A DNA stretch of 64,000 nt, taken from assembly GCA_964036045.1 (NCBI GenBank), contig OZ038378.1, positions 13,020,001 through 13,084,000 on the forward strand, written 5' to 3'. The position numbers and the translations under genes were made by a program. Positions 23,701 to 35,700 of this stretch are shown piece by piece. How positions within the stretch are numbered: the stretch's first letter is position 1; the number at the start of each line of letters is the position of its first letter. Origin of the DNA: Eutreptiella sp. 'Long Island Sound 2002' (lineage: Eukaryota > Protista > Euglenida). Below the pieces are notes generated by a model, which had not been told where the DNA came from, searched no databases, and saw only the letters and a program-made list of their open reading frames with translations.

Positions 23701-26700
23701 GAATTCATTGTGCTGACAACTGATGTCTCTTAATCTCCTTTTCACCCCTATCTGATGCCCGTGTTATTCATGTGTGTTGGCTGTTTCAAGATTGTGAGAG
23801 CCAATGATGAATTCATTGTGCTGACAACTGATGTCTCTTATCTCCTTTTCACCCCTATCTGATGCATCTGCTGATCCCTATCTGATGCATTTTGTTACCC
23901 AAGCCTGAGTCTCCTGGCCTTTGTTGCTAATTGTGCCCATGAACTTTTAATATTTTATCAGAAAATCCATGACTGCACTCGAACCAGCACTGGCAAGAAG
24001 GCAATCCTGTAAACTATCATTTGACAGAGTGGTGCATTTGCATTTTGAAGTCTACTTGAATAAGCTGGTGCATTTGAAAGCAAGGGTGATCTCAGAGGAC
24101 CTTTTGAAGTCACAATGTTGTGCTGACACGTATTTTGTGTGTCTGTATGTGTGACCGCGCGCATGCGCACCTGTATATGTTTCCATCGTTTTTGACCGCT
24201 TTGCATGTGTGCTGTAGCAGCCAGCTTTCTCCATAGCGCTGGACATTTGGGGGGGGGGGGCAGACTGGACATGCGTCTTTGACACATACCCCTACCCCAC
24301 ATTATTGCTTTTTGTCATTGTGTCAATCTTGTGCCCATGTCTTGTCATATGTTCCCCCCACAGAACATTTTTTATGTGCTGTAGGTAATGGGCAGTCCCC
24401 CTTCAATAATTCGTTGATTGCTTTAAGCTGGATTTGCGTTGGATGCGAAAACTCTATTGCCTTCCGCAAGTCCACCTCACAGAGAATCTACCCCAAGCAA
24501 CACACACCGAAAATAGGGTAAAAACTACATAAATACGGGCCAAAACATGTTTTACATATCTTGGATGGTCATTTTAGGTGATCACAATATCCAAAAAAAT
24601 AAGTTTCGGAAACTTCGATTTTTGAGCTGTATAGGGTGAAAAACTCCACAAGCAGGTTGTGTACCAATCCCATTTGACCCCCCCCCCCCCCCCACCTTTC
24701 GAAGGTACCCCTCGGAAGGGGAGTGGGCCCGAGTGCGACCGGGCGTGGGGTCCCCGGGCAGCGGAGTATGGATGGTGCAAACAGAGCAAGGCAGACCGCA
24801 CTCGCCACAAATGGCGCAGAGCGCAGCAGGGAATCGCTTACCACAGGCGTAGCTTCCAGGTAGGCCTTGGTGAAGGAAGGCCTGTGAGGACCACAGGCGT
24901 AGCTCCCAGGTAGGCCTCGGCGAAGGAAGGCGTAGTAGAGTGTGAGGGCCAGCCACAGCTCCGTCGCACTGTATTGCCAGGGTGGTGGCTTGCAGTGGAC
25001 AGTTGAGCTTGGGCCGGTAGTGTGCGGGATGGTCCCTAAGGATGGACCAGGCACTGCCGTGCACTCTTGTGGGGCATGTTGGTGGGCGTGGCTACTCACT
25101 ACCGCCAGCAAGGAAGATACTCCGCCATGGACAGAGTGCGAATACTCTGAAGCAAGATATTTCTGCAGCGCGCTCGCCATGAATGGCGCAAAGCACAGAA
25201 GATATTACAGCAACGCACTACCAACAAGTCACATATTGGTGAGCTAGCACCCATGGCCTTGTGTGACATTTGCCGTTGCTGGTTGTGGTGAGCACCTCCT
25301 AGGTCTTTGTGATGACCACATACCGGGCACTGATCAGGCCATCGGGGGAGGATGCCATGGGCAGAAGTTGCAGTCTAGATTCCCACCCACGAAGGTGGAT
25401 GCCCGTAGTAGTACGGATGCCTGCTTCAACCACCAAGGCCTTGTGCCAACCCCCCGCTCCCAATACCCAAATAGGGTGAAAAACACATAAATACGGCCTA
25501 AAACATGCTTTACATACCTCGGATGTTCATTTTAGGTGATCATAAAATCGAAAAAATAAGTTTTGGAAACTTCGATTTTTGAGCTGTATAGGGTGAAAAA
25601 CTGCATCAGCAGGTTGTGTACCATTCCCTTGGGAGACCCCCCCCCCCTGCGCCCTACAGAGGGAAAGGCCAAGGGAAGGGAAAGGGGAGGGGAGAGGGAA
25701 GGTTAGGGCAAGGAGGAAGAGGAAGGTCAAAGGGTGGTGAGAAGCTGATGGGCACCACCGCCTATGGAGGGAAAGGGTCCAAGGGAAGGGCAGCGAATGG
25801 CGATCGGCCACTAGGCGCCGCCAGCTGCAGACGAGATCATCACACCATGGCGTCATGCCAAAACCCCCCCTGCGCCCAATACCCAAATAAGGTGAAAAAC
25901 ACGTGAATACGGCCTAAAACATGCTTTACATACCTTGGATGGTCATTTTAGGTGATCATAATATCAAAAAAATAAGTTTCGGAAACTTCAATTTTTGAGC
26001 TACATAGGGTGAAAAACTGCATAAGCCCAATACCCAAATAAGGTGAAAAACACGTGAATACGGCCTAAAACATGCTTTACATACCTTGGATGGTCATTTT
26101 AGGTGATCATAATATCAAAAAAATAAGTTTCGGAAACTTCAATTTTTGAGCTACATAGGGTGAAAAACTGCATAAGCAGGTTGTGCACCAATCCCTTGGG
26201 AGACCCCCCCCCCCTGCGCCCAATACCCAAATAAGGTGAAAAACACGTGAATACAACCTAAAACATGCTTTACATACCTTGGATGGTCATTTTAGGTGAT
26301 CACAATATAAAAAAATAAGGTTGGGAAACTTCGATTTTTGAGCCGTATAGGGTGAAAAACTCCACAAGCAGGTTGTGCACCGGCCCATTCACTCATCCAA
26401 GCCATTCTTGGAAACAGTCATGTCGCGTCTTTGGCACGGGTTTTGCCCGGCCCTCGGCAAGGGTACAGAGTGCAAAAAAAATGGCCTTTTGTATCCTTGT
26501 AGGCATATACTGTCACAAAGTCCCCATTCACACCCCTCAGAGTGGGTAGAACGGGGTCACGCAGGTCGCCAAAACCGCCCATATGGCAAAAATGGCTGAA
26601 AAGTGCATAAACTGCATGAGCGCTCGTCCCAATCTGCCCCATACAAACCCCATGGATTCAAGACGTGAAAACACTTTTTCGGCTCAAAATCGAAAAAAAC

Positions 26701-29700
26701 CAGTTGTCTGTCATTTCCGGAGTTGAAAGCTCTCCACAGGTTTTTAAACACAAAGCGCGGTTCTTACCCATAGCCCCCCCCCCCTTTTGCCCATTCCCGG
26801 ATTGCTCCTACCCCTTCTTTGTTGAAATCTTGGCCCTGGTGTACTAGCTCACATACCAAATTTAGGAGTTCCAGAATCTCAGGGGCTATGTTTTGACCTC
26901 GTTCAAACGACATACATGTACGTATCTCCCCAGGGGGGGCATGGATACCATCAATTTGAGGTGTCCAATTTTGATTGCAAAGGTGGATATTGAGGTTCTC
27001 CTTGGTGTCTACTGGTCGGACAAGGTAATATTATTGGTGCACTATTGTGCAATTGGAAATTTTTTGCATGCAAGGCAGTATGCTGTACCGGTGTCATGCA
27101 GAACACTTCATTTTTCACGGTTGGGCACAAGAGGGCACGTGGAGTATTGGGGTTGGCAAATGGTTTTGCCAGCGAGAAGTTGTATTTCATGCGCAAAATT
27201 CTTGAGCCAGATTGCTTGCCACAGGCCCTGCTAAACCTGCTGCCAAGGTGGCTGCCAAGCTTGCAGATAAGTCTGCGGCTGGCAGGGTAGTCTTTAAGGA
27301 ACCAGTTTTTTTTTTGTTAAGGACCGCCCCAAGGGACCACCAACCGCCAACTCCCGCCAACCGCCAACCACCAACCACGACCAACCGCCACCAACCGCCA
27401 GTTGCCAACTGCCAACCACCAATCGCTGCCAACCGCCAACCGCCACCAACCATGGTTGAACACATGGAGTGTCCGCGGGCTTTTTTGGGAAAACTGTGTT
27501 ACGGAACTTTTTTTTTTCCGCCGTTAAGGACCGCCCTGGCGGCTGGAGAGCCAATTCCAGTGGCCCCTCTTGAGCATGTGCAGTTCTCCAAAGTGAGGTA
27601 TTTGGGCCCAAAAAAGTTGCACACAGTGCATTCTCTCAGTAGAACTGAATTAAACCCAACAAACAATTTCCGGGTCATTTGTGGATTATACGCCGGTGTT
27701 TGCATGGCTTGCTTCATGTCACATGTCCTTTGCCCCCCCCCCCCCCTGGGTGGGGGGGATACACCATCACTTTGGTGGGGGGGATACACCATCACTTTGG
27801 TATATGTTCCCCTGGGGTGTGGGGATACTGTTGCGTGCAGCCAGGTATTTCTCAAGGGGCATGGGGAGGGAGGGGTGCATTCCAGGCAGAATCAGTTCAT
27901 GACGCTGATCTGCCTACTGCAGGTTGAAATGCACAAGGAGAAGGAAATTTCAGCCTCAATGGTGCAGCAGATGAAGGCTGAGAAGTCCTCAGAGGAAACC
28001 AAGCTGAAGCAGCAATTGAATGAGTTGTTGGCAGAGAAGAAAATCCATGAAAAGGAGCTGACAATCCTGAAGGAGGGTGGCCCTGGTGGTGCTGGTGGTG
28101 GTCCATGGGCACTTGTGGAGCGGCTGCAGCAGGAAATTGATCAGTTGCGAGAATCGGTCTGCTTTCTGTCTCGTTACAAGTTGTCCTGTTTTGGTGGTGT
28201 CAAGTGGCAAGAAAGCCCCTTTGCTTTCATATTGTTGACATTAGGTGGAATGGATCAACCCAGACCTGAAAAAATGACCCCACCCCCTGGTTTTTGACCT
28301 GGAAAATATGAGTGTTTCGGAATTTTTCGAACTACAGTTCTCAACAGTTTCTGCACCGTTTCACAGAGTCAGTGGCACATTCACGCTTTCAGTGCGATAA
28401 CCCTTTTCCACCAACAGCGGTCGGTTGAGGACTACGTCTTTATCCGTCGTGGTCTACTGGAAAAGGGCAAAAATAACTGGATGGAAGGTTATTTGTACAT
28501 GGATCAAGTTTAAACAAAAGACCCCGACTCACCACATTTTTGCAATATCCCCTTCAACAGTGCTATCTCGGGGGGGGGGGGGCGAACGCGTCAACCATTG
28601 GACCCCTTCCTATTACCTAGGAATTACCTAGATCTCCAGAACATGTCTGAATACCGCTTGACGTCCGCATATTGGGAGGGTGACTGCCGCCTCCGATATC
28701 TCCTGTGTTCATCCATCACGGATACGCCTCAGCAAGGGAGCTTCAACGACATTGTGCAGCACCTGCACAGCACCACGGGGTTTTAGATCACGTACGCATC
28801 CTTTGTGGATGACAAGTGCCCCCCCCACCCCCCTTTGTAATAGCTACGCCCTTGTCCAAGCTAGCAGGCGTAGGGACCGTATTAATTTGGTACCTAATTT
28901 GATTTGGTACAAATGTAGTGCAGCCACATAAGACACTGGCTTGGTGACAAATTTGCCAGTTACATAGGGTCATGGACACATTTGTTGTGAGTGTTTGCCC
29001 ACTTGAACCCACATAGCTCTGATTTTGGGGATATTTGTGCATTATATGCCCTTTTCTTGCACCGGCTCACCATGTATGTGGTACGCGCAAGGTACGGCCT
29101 TGTCCAAGCACCAGAAGGCACAGGGACCGTATTAATTTGGGAATTTACTTTAGCTATTACAAGCGGTATGGGGGGGGGGGGGTTGTGAGGTGGCCGTCAA
29201 CCGTGGTTTGTCTGCATGTGAGGGTGAGACTTCCTTCGCCACACGGGTTGTGGAAAATCAGGGGACATTGGTGATTCACCCGGACACAATGGTGGTGGGA
29301 AACCGGTTGCCGACGCCACCGTTCGACATGTAACATGCTGTCCTCCATGCTGCCGCTGGATATGTGTTGACTTTTTGTTGAGTGTCAGCACACACAGATG
29401 GGATGTCCGCCTATTTATGCATTGAAGATGCTCAGAATGAAACAGGGAATCCAAAATGCCCCAAAATAAAAAAAAAGACCCCCCCTCCTCCCCAGACCCT
29501 TTTGCTGAGCCCGCGGGTGTTGGGCCCCGCAAGTGATCTGAAACGTACCCGGTGCAATGTCTTTTGCAAGGGAATTGCATGGTTGTTGGTTTTCTGTTCC
29601 CAGTTGCCTCCAATTCTGTGTTATTTTTGCACATGCTTCCTTGCATGCCTACTTTGTTTTCTGTATGTGCTCAGCCAGGATGCATGGCTGGAAGTGCTAT

Positions 29701-32700
29701 CAATTTGTTGTGGAGGCAGTGGTGAATTTGTGAGTTGTGTAGCAGGCAGTCATGGATTATCATTTCACTGCAAGGCAATCTGCATCAAAAGGTGATGGTT
29801 CCAAGATGTGTCTGTGAGCTCCTGTTGACCGTGTCTTCTGCTTCAGGCAGCGCAACACCCAGCCCAGATGCGTGAAATGCTGATGGCTAAGGAGGAGGAG
29901 TTGCGTATCTTGCATGAGCAATACATTGCTGAGGCCAAAGCTGGTGCTGAGGCCAAGGGCTTGTTGACAGCTGTCTCGGAAGACAAGGTTCGCGAGGTGG
30001 AAACCCGTGAGATGATGATCAACGAGGCGGTGTTGAGGAAAGAACAGGTGCACTGCAGTGGTCGTCTGGTTCATGATTAACGAGTGCACCCATTGTCGGT
30101 GTTTGCTGTGTGTGCTTTCAGATAAGATTGTCGTGCTGGGAATGCAGGGGGTGCACATTGGCAGTTTCGAAATATGTTGCTCGGTGCCATCTTCTGTTTC
30201 TTTCACCAGCTCATGGCCCAACAAAAGGAGCAAGAAATTGCGAATCTTCTCGCAAGGGAGACTGCGGAGAAGGAGCAAATCAGAGTAGAGGCTTCCCGCC
30301 AACTTGAGGCTGAAGTTGCAGGTGTGCTTTCTGCACATTGCCACAAATGGTGCACTGTTGATATTATCCCCCCCCCCCCCATAATGGGGGTGTAGTGCGC
30401 GCCGTGCACGCGCTGTGCACAAAGTTTGTACAGGATCATACCAAAGCTGCATAGGAGTGCCTAGTACCAGTAACAATTAGCCTTGTTATGCATCTATGTG
30501 AGTTGCTTGCATGCTTTGCCCTCATTTCTGGTGTATTGGTGTGTTGTTTTGCATCCTTTTTGATAGGTTTGTGGTATCTATCAAGAATTTGGGGTTGGAT
30601 TGGCCCCTTTCCGGTTGAGGAGATGGACTGGCCCCTTTGGCATCCACTGTGATTTCAGCAACTTGTTTTGAAATGAGCCTGCGGGTTTTCCACTCTCCGA
30701 AATCCAAGGATGAAAAGAATCCAGATTGCGTTCTGAGGCTGTCCAACATTGTGGGGTGTAGTATGGTCTGTATAAGCAAGAATATTGCCAATTGTAGCTA
30801 AAACCCCGAATTTCTCGCTGTCATGTGCACGCTGTGCCGACGCGCCCCCAATGCAATCGGGGAACAAGTCAAACAAAAACAAACCCAGCAAGTACGCATT
30901 TCAATTCTTTTGGGGTCAGCAAGCAAAAGATGTCCGTCAAATCACTGGTGGTTGACATGTTGCAAAATCTTCGCAAAATAATTTAACAGTGAGGACATTT
31001 AAACCCGTGTCCGTGTGTTTAGCGCTGGAAAATCACGGTTGGACGGAATGAACCGGCGGTACCCTCGGCGGCGGTTCGGCTCGGCCGGTTAGGTTCCGGC
31101 GGTTCGGCTCGGCGGCGGTGTCGGCCGGCGATTCGGCCGGCCGGACCGCCGGCCGGCCGAGTCGGCCGGCCGGACCGCCGGAACCTACCCGGCCGGCCGG
31201 CCGGCCGGCCGAACCACCGCCCGGCGGTCCGGCCGGCCGACTCGGCCGGCCGGACCGCCGGGCCGTTCCGACGCACCCCCCACCACCCCCAAGGATCCCG
31301 GGTTAGGCACCCTTTTTGTTCACCCACCTACACCCATTGGGGACCGCGAATGCAACGGTCCTAGGAGCATCATGGTGTCCTGTTCAATGTTCATGTTCAA
31401 TGCAATCGTCAGCCCGCGGACAAGGGGCCCCTGGCGCGGGATGCTGCCACCCACATCGGCAAGGTGGTACACACAAAACGCGGTGCCTACACAAGGCGGT
31501 GCACACAAAAGGCGGTCTGTGGCCACCGCAGGAGTCATGTTATTTAAGGGGCCACAGGCAAGGGCGGCACACACAAAAGCGGTGCCTACACACGGCGGTG
31601 CACACAAAAAGGCGGTCTGTGGCCACCGCAGGAGTCATGTTGTTTAAGGGGCCACAGGCAAGGCGGTACACACAAAACGCGGTGCCTACACAAGGCGGTG
31701 CACACAAAAGGCGGTCTGTGGCCACCGCAGGAGTCATGTTATTTAAGGGGCCACAGGCAAGGCGGTACACACAGAACGCGGTGCCTACACAAGGCGGTGC
31801 ACACAAAAAGGCGGTGCCTACACAAGGCGGTGCACAAAACGCGGCGGCCTGTGGCCACCGCAGGAGTCATGTTATTTAAGGGGCCACAGGCAAGGCGGCA
31901 CACACAAAACGCGGTGCCTACACAAGGCGGTGCACACAAAAAGGCGGTCTGTGGCCACCGCAGGAGTCATGTTGTTTAAGGGGCCACAGGCAAGGCGGTA
32001 CACACAGAACGCGGTGCCTACACAAGGCGGTGCACACAAAAAGGCGGTGCCTACACAAGGCGGTGCACAAAACAAGGCGGCCTGTGGCCACCGCAGGAGT
32101 CATGTTATTTAAGGGGCCACAGGCAAGGCGGTACACACAAAACGCGGTGCCTACACAAGGCGGTGCACACAAAAGGCGGTCTGTGGCCACCGCAGGAGTC
32201 ATGTTATTTAGGGGCCACAGGCAAGGCGGTACACACAGAACGCGGTGCCTACACAAGGCGGTGCACACAAAAAGGCGGTGCCTACACAAGGCGGTGCACA
32301 AAACAAGGCGGCCTGTGGCCACCGCAGGAGTCATGTTATTTAAGGGGCCACAGGCAAGGCGGCACACACAAAACGCGGTGCCTACACAAGGCGGTGCACA
32401 CAAAAAGGCGGTCTGTGGCCACCGCAGGAGTCATGTTATTTAAGGGGCCACAGGCAAGGCGGTACACACAAAACGCGGTGCCTACACAAGGCGGTGCACA
32501 CAAAAGGCGGTCTGTGGCCACCGCAGGAGTCATGTTATTTAAGGGGCCACAGGCAAGGCGGTACACACAGAACGCGGTGCCTACACAAGGCGGTGCACAC
32601 AAAAAGGCGGTGCCTACACAAGGCGTTGCACAAAAAAAGGCGGTCTGTGGCCACCGCAGGAGTCATGTTATTTAAGGGGCCACAGGCCAGGCGGTACACA

Positions 32701-35700
32701 CAGAACGCGGTGCCTACACAAGGCGGTGCACACAAAAGGCGGTCTATAGCCACCGCAGGAGTCATGTTATTTAAGGGGCCACAGGCAAGGCGGTACACAC
32801 AGAACGCGAACGCGGTGCCTACACAAGGCGGTGCACACAAAACGCGGTGCCTACACAAGGCGGTGCACAAACAAGGCGGCCTGTGGCCACCGCAGGAGTC
32901 ATGTTATTAAGGGGCCACAGGCAAGGCGGTACACACAGAACGCGGTGCCTACACAAGGCGGTGCACACAAAAAGGCGGCCTGTGGCCACCGCAGGAGTCA
33001 TGTCATTTAAAGGGCCTAAGAGGGGGCTTTTGGTTTTTCAAGGGGCACATGGGGTGGGGGGGGTATCGGAATGAGCCGGCAGTTCGGCCGGCCGATTCGG
33101 CCGGCCGGACCTCCGCCCGGCGGTTCGGCCGGCCGATTTCGGCCGGCCGGCCGCCGAACGCCCGGTACTTACCAGGCCGGCGGTCCGCCCGGCCGGCCGG
33201 CCGGCCGAACCGCCGCCCGGCGGTGTCGGCCAAATTTTCGGCCAAAATCCTCCGCGGCGGTCTCGGCCGGCCGAGTCGGCCGGCCGAACCGCCGCCGAGT
33301 TTTTCGGCCGAGGACCGCCGCCGAGCCCCACCGCCGTTTCATTCCGATGAGCTGAAAATCACCTCGAAGAGGGTTGTTAGATCAAGCGCAGGTGCGTACG
33401 CCATATACCCCCCTTTTTTGGGGTCATTCGCGTACTATACCCCAAGGTATGGTACCGGATGTCCAACCCCTTGTAAAATCATCATTTTAGGAGAGAAAAT
33501 GATCCCCCAATGAATTTTTCGTTTTTGACCCCTTTACCCCCCCCGTACCCGGGTACCCCTTTTTGGGGGGGTGGGGGGTGTCGGGGGGGGGGGGGGGTCA
33601 AAACTTCTTTGCGTATTCTGGGTGCTGTGTGTGGATTTGGACCCAGGTCCCGGGCAACTTTTTTCTTGTACATGGACCCCCTAACCCATGGCGGGGGTCC
33701 CGGGTCCGAATTCCAGGTACCCCCGGTCGCCCCCCCCTATGGGCCCTTGCTAGTGAGGACTTAGCCGTTTTCACGCTGGATAAGGCTGTTTAGTGACACC
33801 TGCAAGATTTCCAAAAATTCGACTTTTCCGAAACCCTTCTGTTGCCCCTAGGATGGGTTTGGGGTGATGATTTAGTGACAATACGGGTACTTGAGCACCC
33901 AGAGGGACCCACGTTGTGGCCGCTGGGCCTATGTAGCCCGTGCCACGGGCCCCCCAAAAGCTTCAAAATCACCTCGCAGAGGTTGTTAGATCAAAGCCAG
34001 GCAGGCGTATATATGGGGAAAACGCCACATACCCCCCCATTTTGGCCTTTTTGGGCCTATTCGCGTACCCTACCCCAAGGGGTTGAATTGTTAGTTTAAC
34101 CCCTTGTAAAATCATTATTTTGCCCAATAAACGCATCCCCAATGAGTTTTTGGTCCGGACCCCCCCAGACCCCCCCACTTGAAACCCACTTTTTTGAGGT
34201 TTTGAGGGAGGGGGGAGGTGGGGTGGGGGATGGTCAAAAAATGACCCCCCTTTTTTTTGGGTCGAAAATCATGAATCTTTTGGTTTTTTCGATTTTGAGC
34301 CGAAAAAGTGTTTCCGGGTCCCGACTCCATAGGGTTTGTATGGGGCGGAGTGGGACGAGCGCTGATGCAGTTTATGCACTTTTCAGCCATTTATGCTATG
34401 TTGGCGGTTTTGGCAACCTCGGTGAACCCGTGGTACCCACCCTGAGGGGTGCGAGTGGGGATGTTGTGACAGTATATGCCTACTAGGATACGAAAGGACG
34501 TTTTTTGCAGTGTCTAGCCTTGCTTATGGCCGTTCACAACCCGTGCAAAGACGCGAAATGACTGTTTCCACCAATAATGGCCTAGTGAATGGGGAGGTAC
34601 ACAACCTGCTTATGCAGCTTTTCACCCCAGGCAGCTCAAAAATCGAAGTTTTCGAAACTTGTTTTTTGATATTGTGACCACCCAAAATGACATTTCAAAC
34701 TATGCAAAGCATGTTTTAGGCCGTATTTACGTGTTTTTCACCCTATTTGGGTGTTAAGTCCGGGGGGGGGGGGTCTCCCAAGGGACGGGTGCACAACCTG
34801 CTTATGCAATTTTTCAACCCGGACAGGTCAAAAATCGAAGTTTTCGAAACTTGTTTTTTTGATATTGTGACCACGCCAAAATGACATTTCAAGCTATGCA
34901 AAGCATGTTTTAGGCCGTAGTTTACGGTGTTGTTTCCACCCTCCCCTATTTGGGGTATCAGGTGGGGGGGGGGGGACGGGTGCACAACCTGCTTATGCAG
35001 TTTTTCACCCCTGGGCAGCTCAAAAATGGAAGTTTTTGAAACTTGTTTTTGTGATATTGTGATCACTAAAATGACCATCCAAGGTATGTAAAGCATGTTT
35101 TAGGCCGTATTTACGTGTTTTTCACCTTATTTGGGTATTAGGTCGGGGGGGGGGGGGGGGGCTCCCAAGGGACGGGTGCACAACCTGCTTATGCAGTTTT
35201 TCACCCTGGGCAGCTCAAAAATGGAAGTTTTTGAAACTTGTTTTTGTGATATTGTGATCACCTAAAATGACCATCCAAGGTATGTAAAGCATGTTTTAGG
35301 CCGTATTTACGTGTTTTCACCCGATATGGGTATTAGGTCGGGGGGGGGGGGGGGGGGGGGCTCCCAAGGGACGGGTGCACAACCTGCTTATGCAGCTTTT
35401 CACCCGGACAGCTCAAAAATGGAAGTTTTTGAAACTTGTTTTTGTGATATTGTGATCACCTAAAATGACCATCCAAGGTATGTAAAGCATGTTTTAGGCC
35501 GTATTTACGTGTTTTTCACCCGATATGGGTATTAGGTCGGGGGGGGGGGGGGGGGGGGGGGGGGGCTCCCAAGGGACGGGTGCACAACCTGCTTATGCAG
35601 CTTTCACCCCGGACAGCTCAAAAATGGAAGTTTTTGAAACTTGTTTTTGTGATATTGTGATCACCTAAAATGACCATCCAAGGTATGTAAAGCATGTTTT

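Noticed and set aside
21961-23865. CRISPR array interpretation of the 107/108-bp repeat
   Set aside because: The units are identical along their whole length with no unique spacers, there are no cas genes, and the context is eukaryotic and intronic.
24450-26380. snoRNA D guide (TTTTCACCCCTAT) targeting ATAGGGTGAAAA motifs in the neighbouring satellite of the same pre-mRNA
   Set aside because: The pairing needs a bulge in the G-run at the methylation-determining position, the motif is short and A-rich, and the rRNA target already explains the guide. Treated as coincidence.
27212-27922. N-terminal two-thirds of the 361-aa ORF 27212-28297
   Set aside because: It is translated from CCAACCGCCA repeats and poly-C/G tracts; the coding exon begins at the CTGCAG acceptor (27923).
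31316-33513. Repetitive ORFs (TQGGAHK..., RPAGR...)
   Set aside because: Products of the minisatellite and GC palindromes; open in several frames on both strands.
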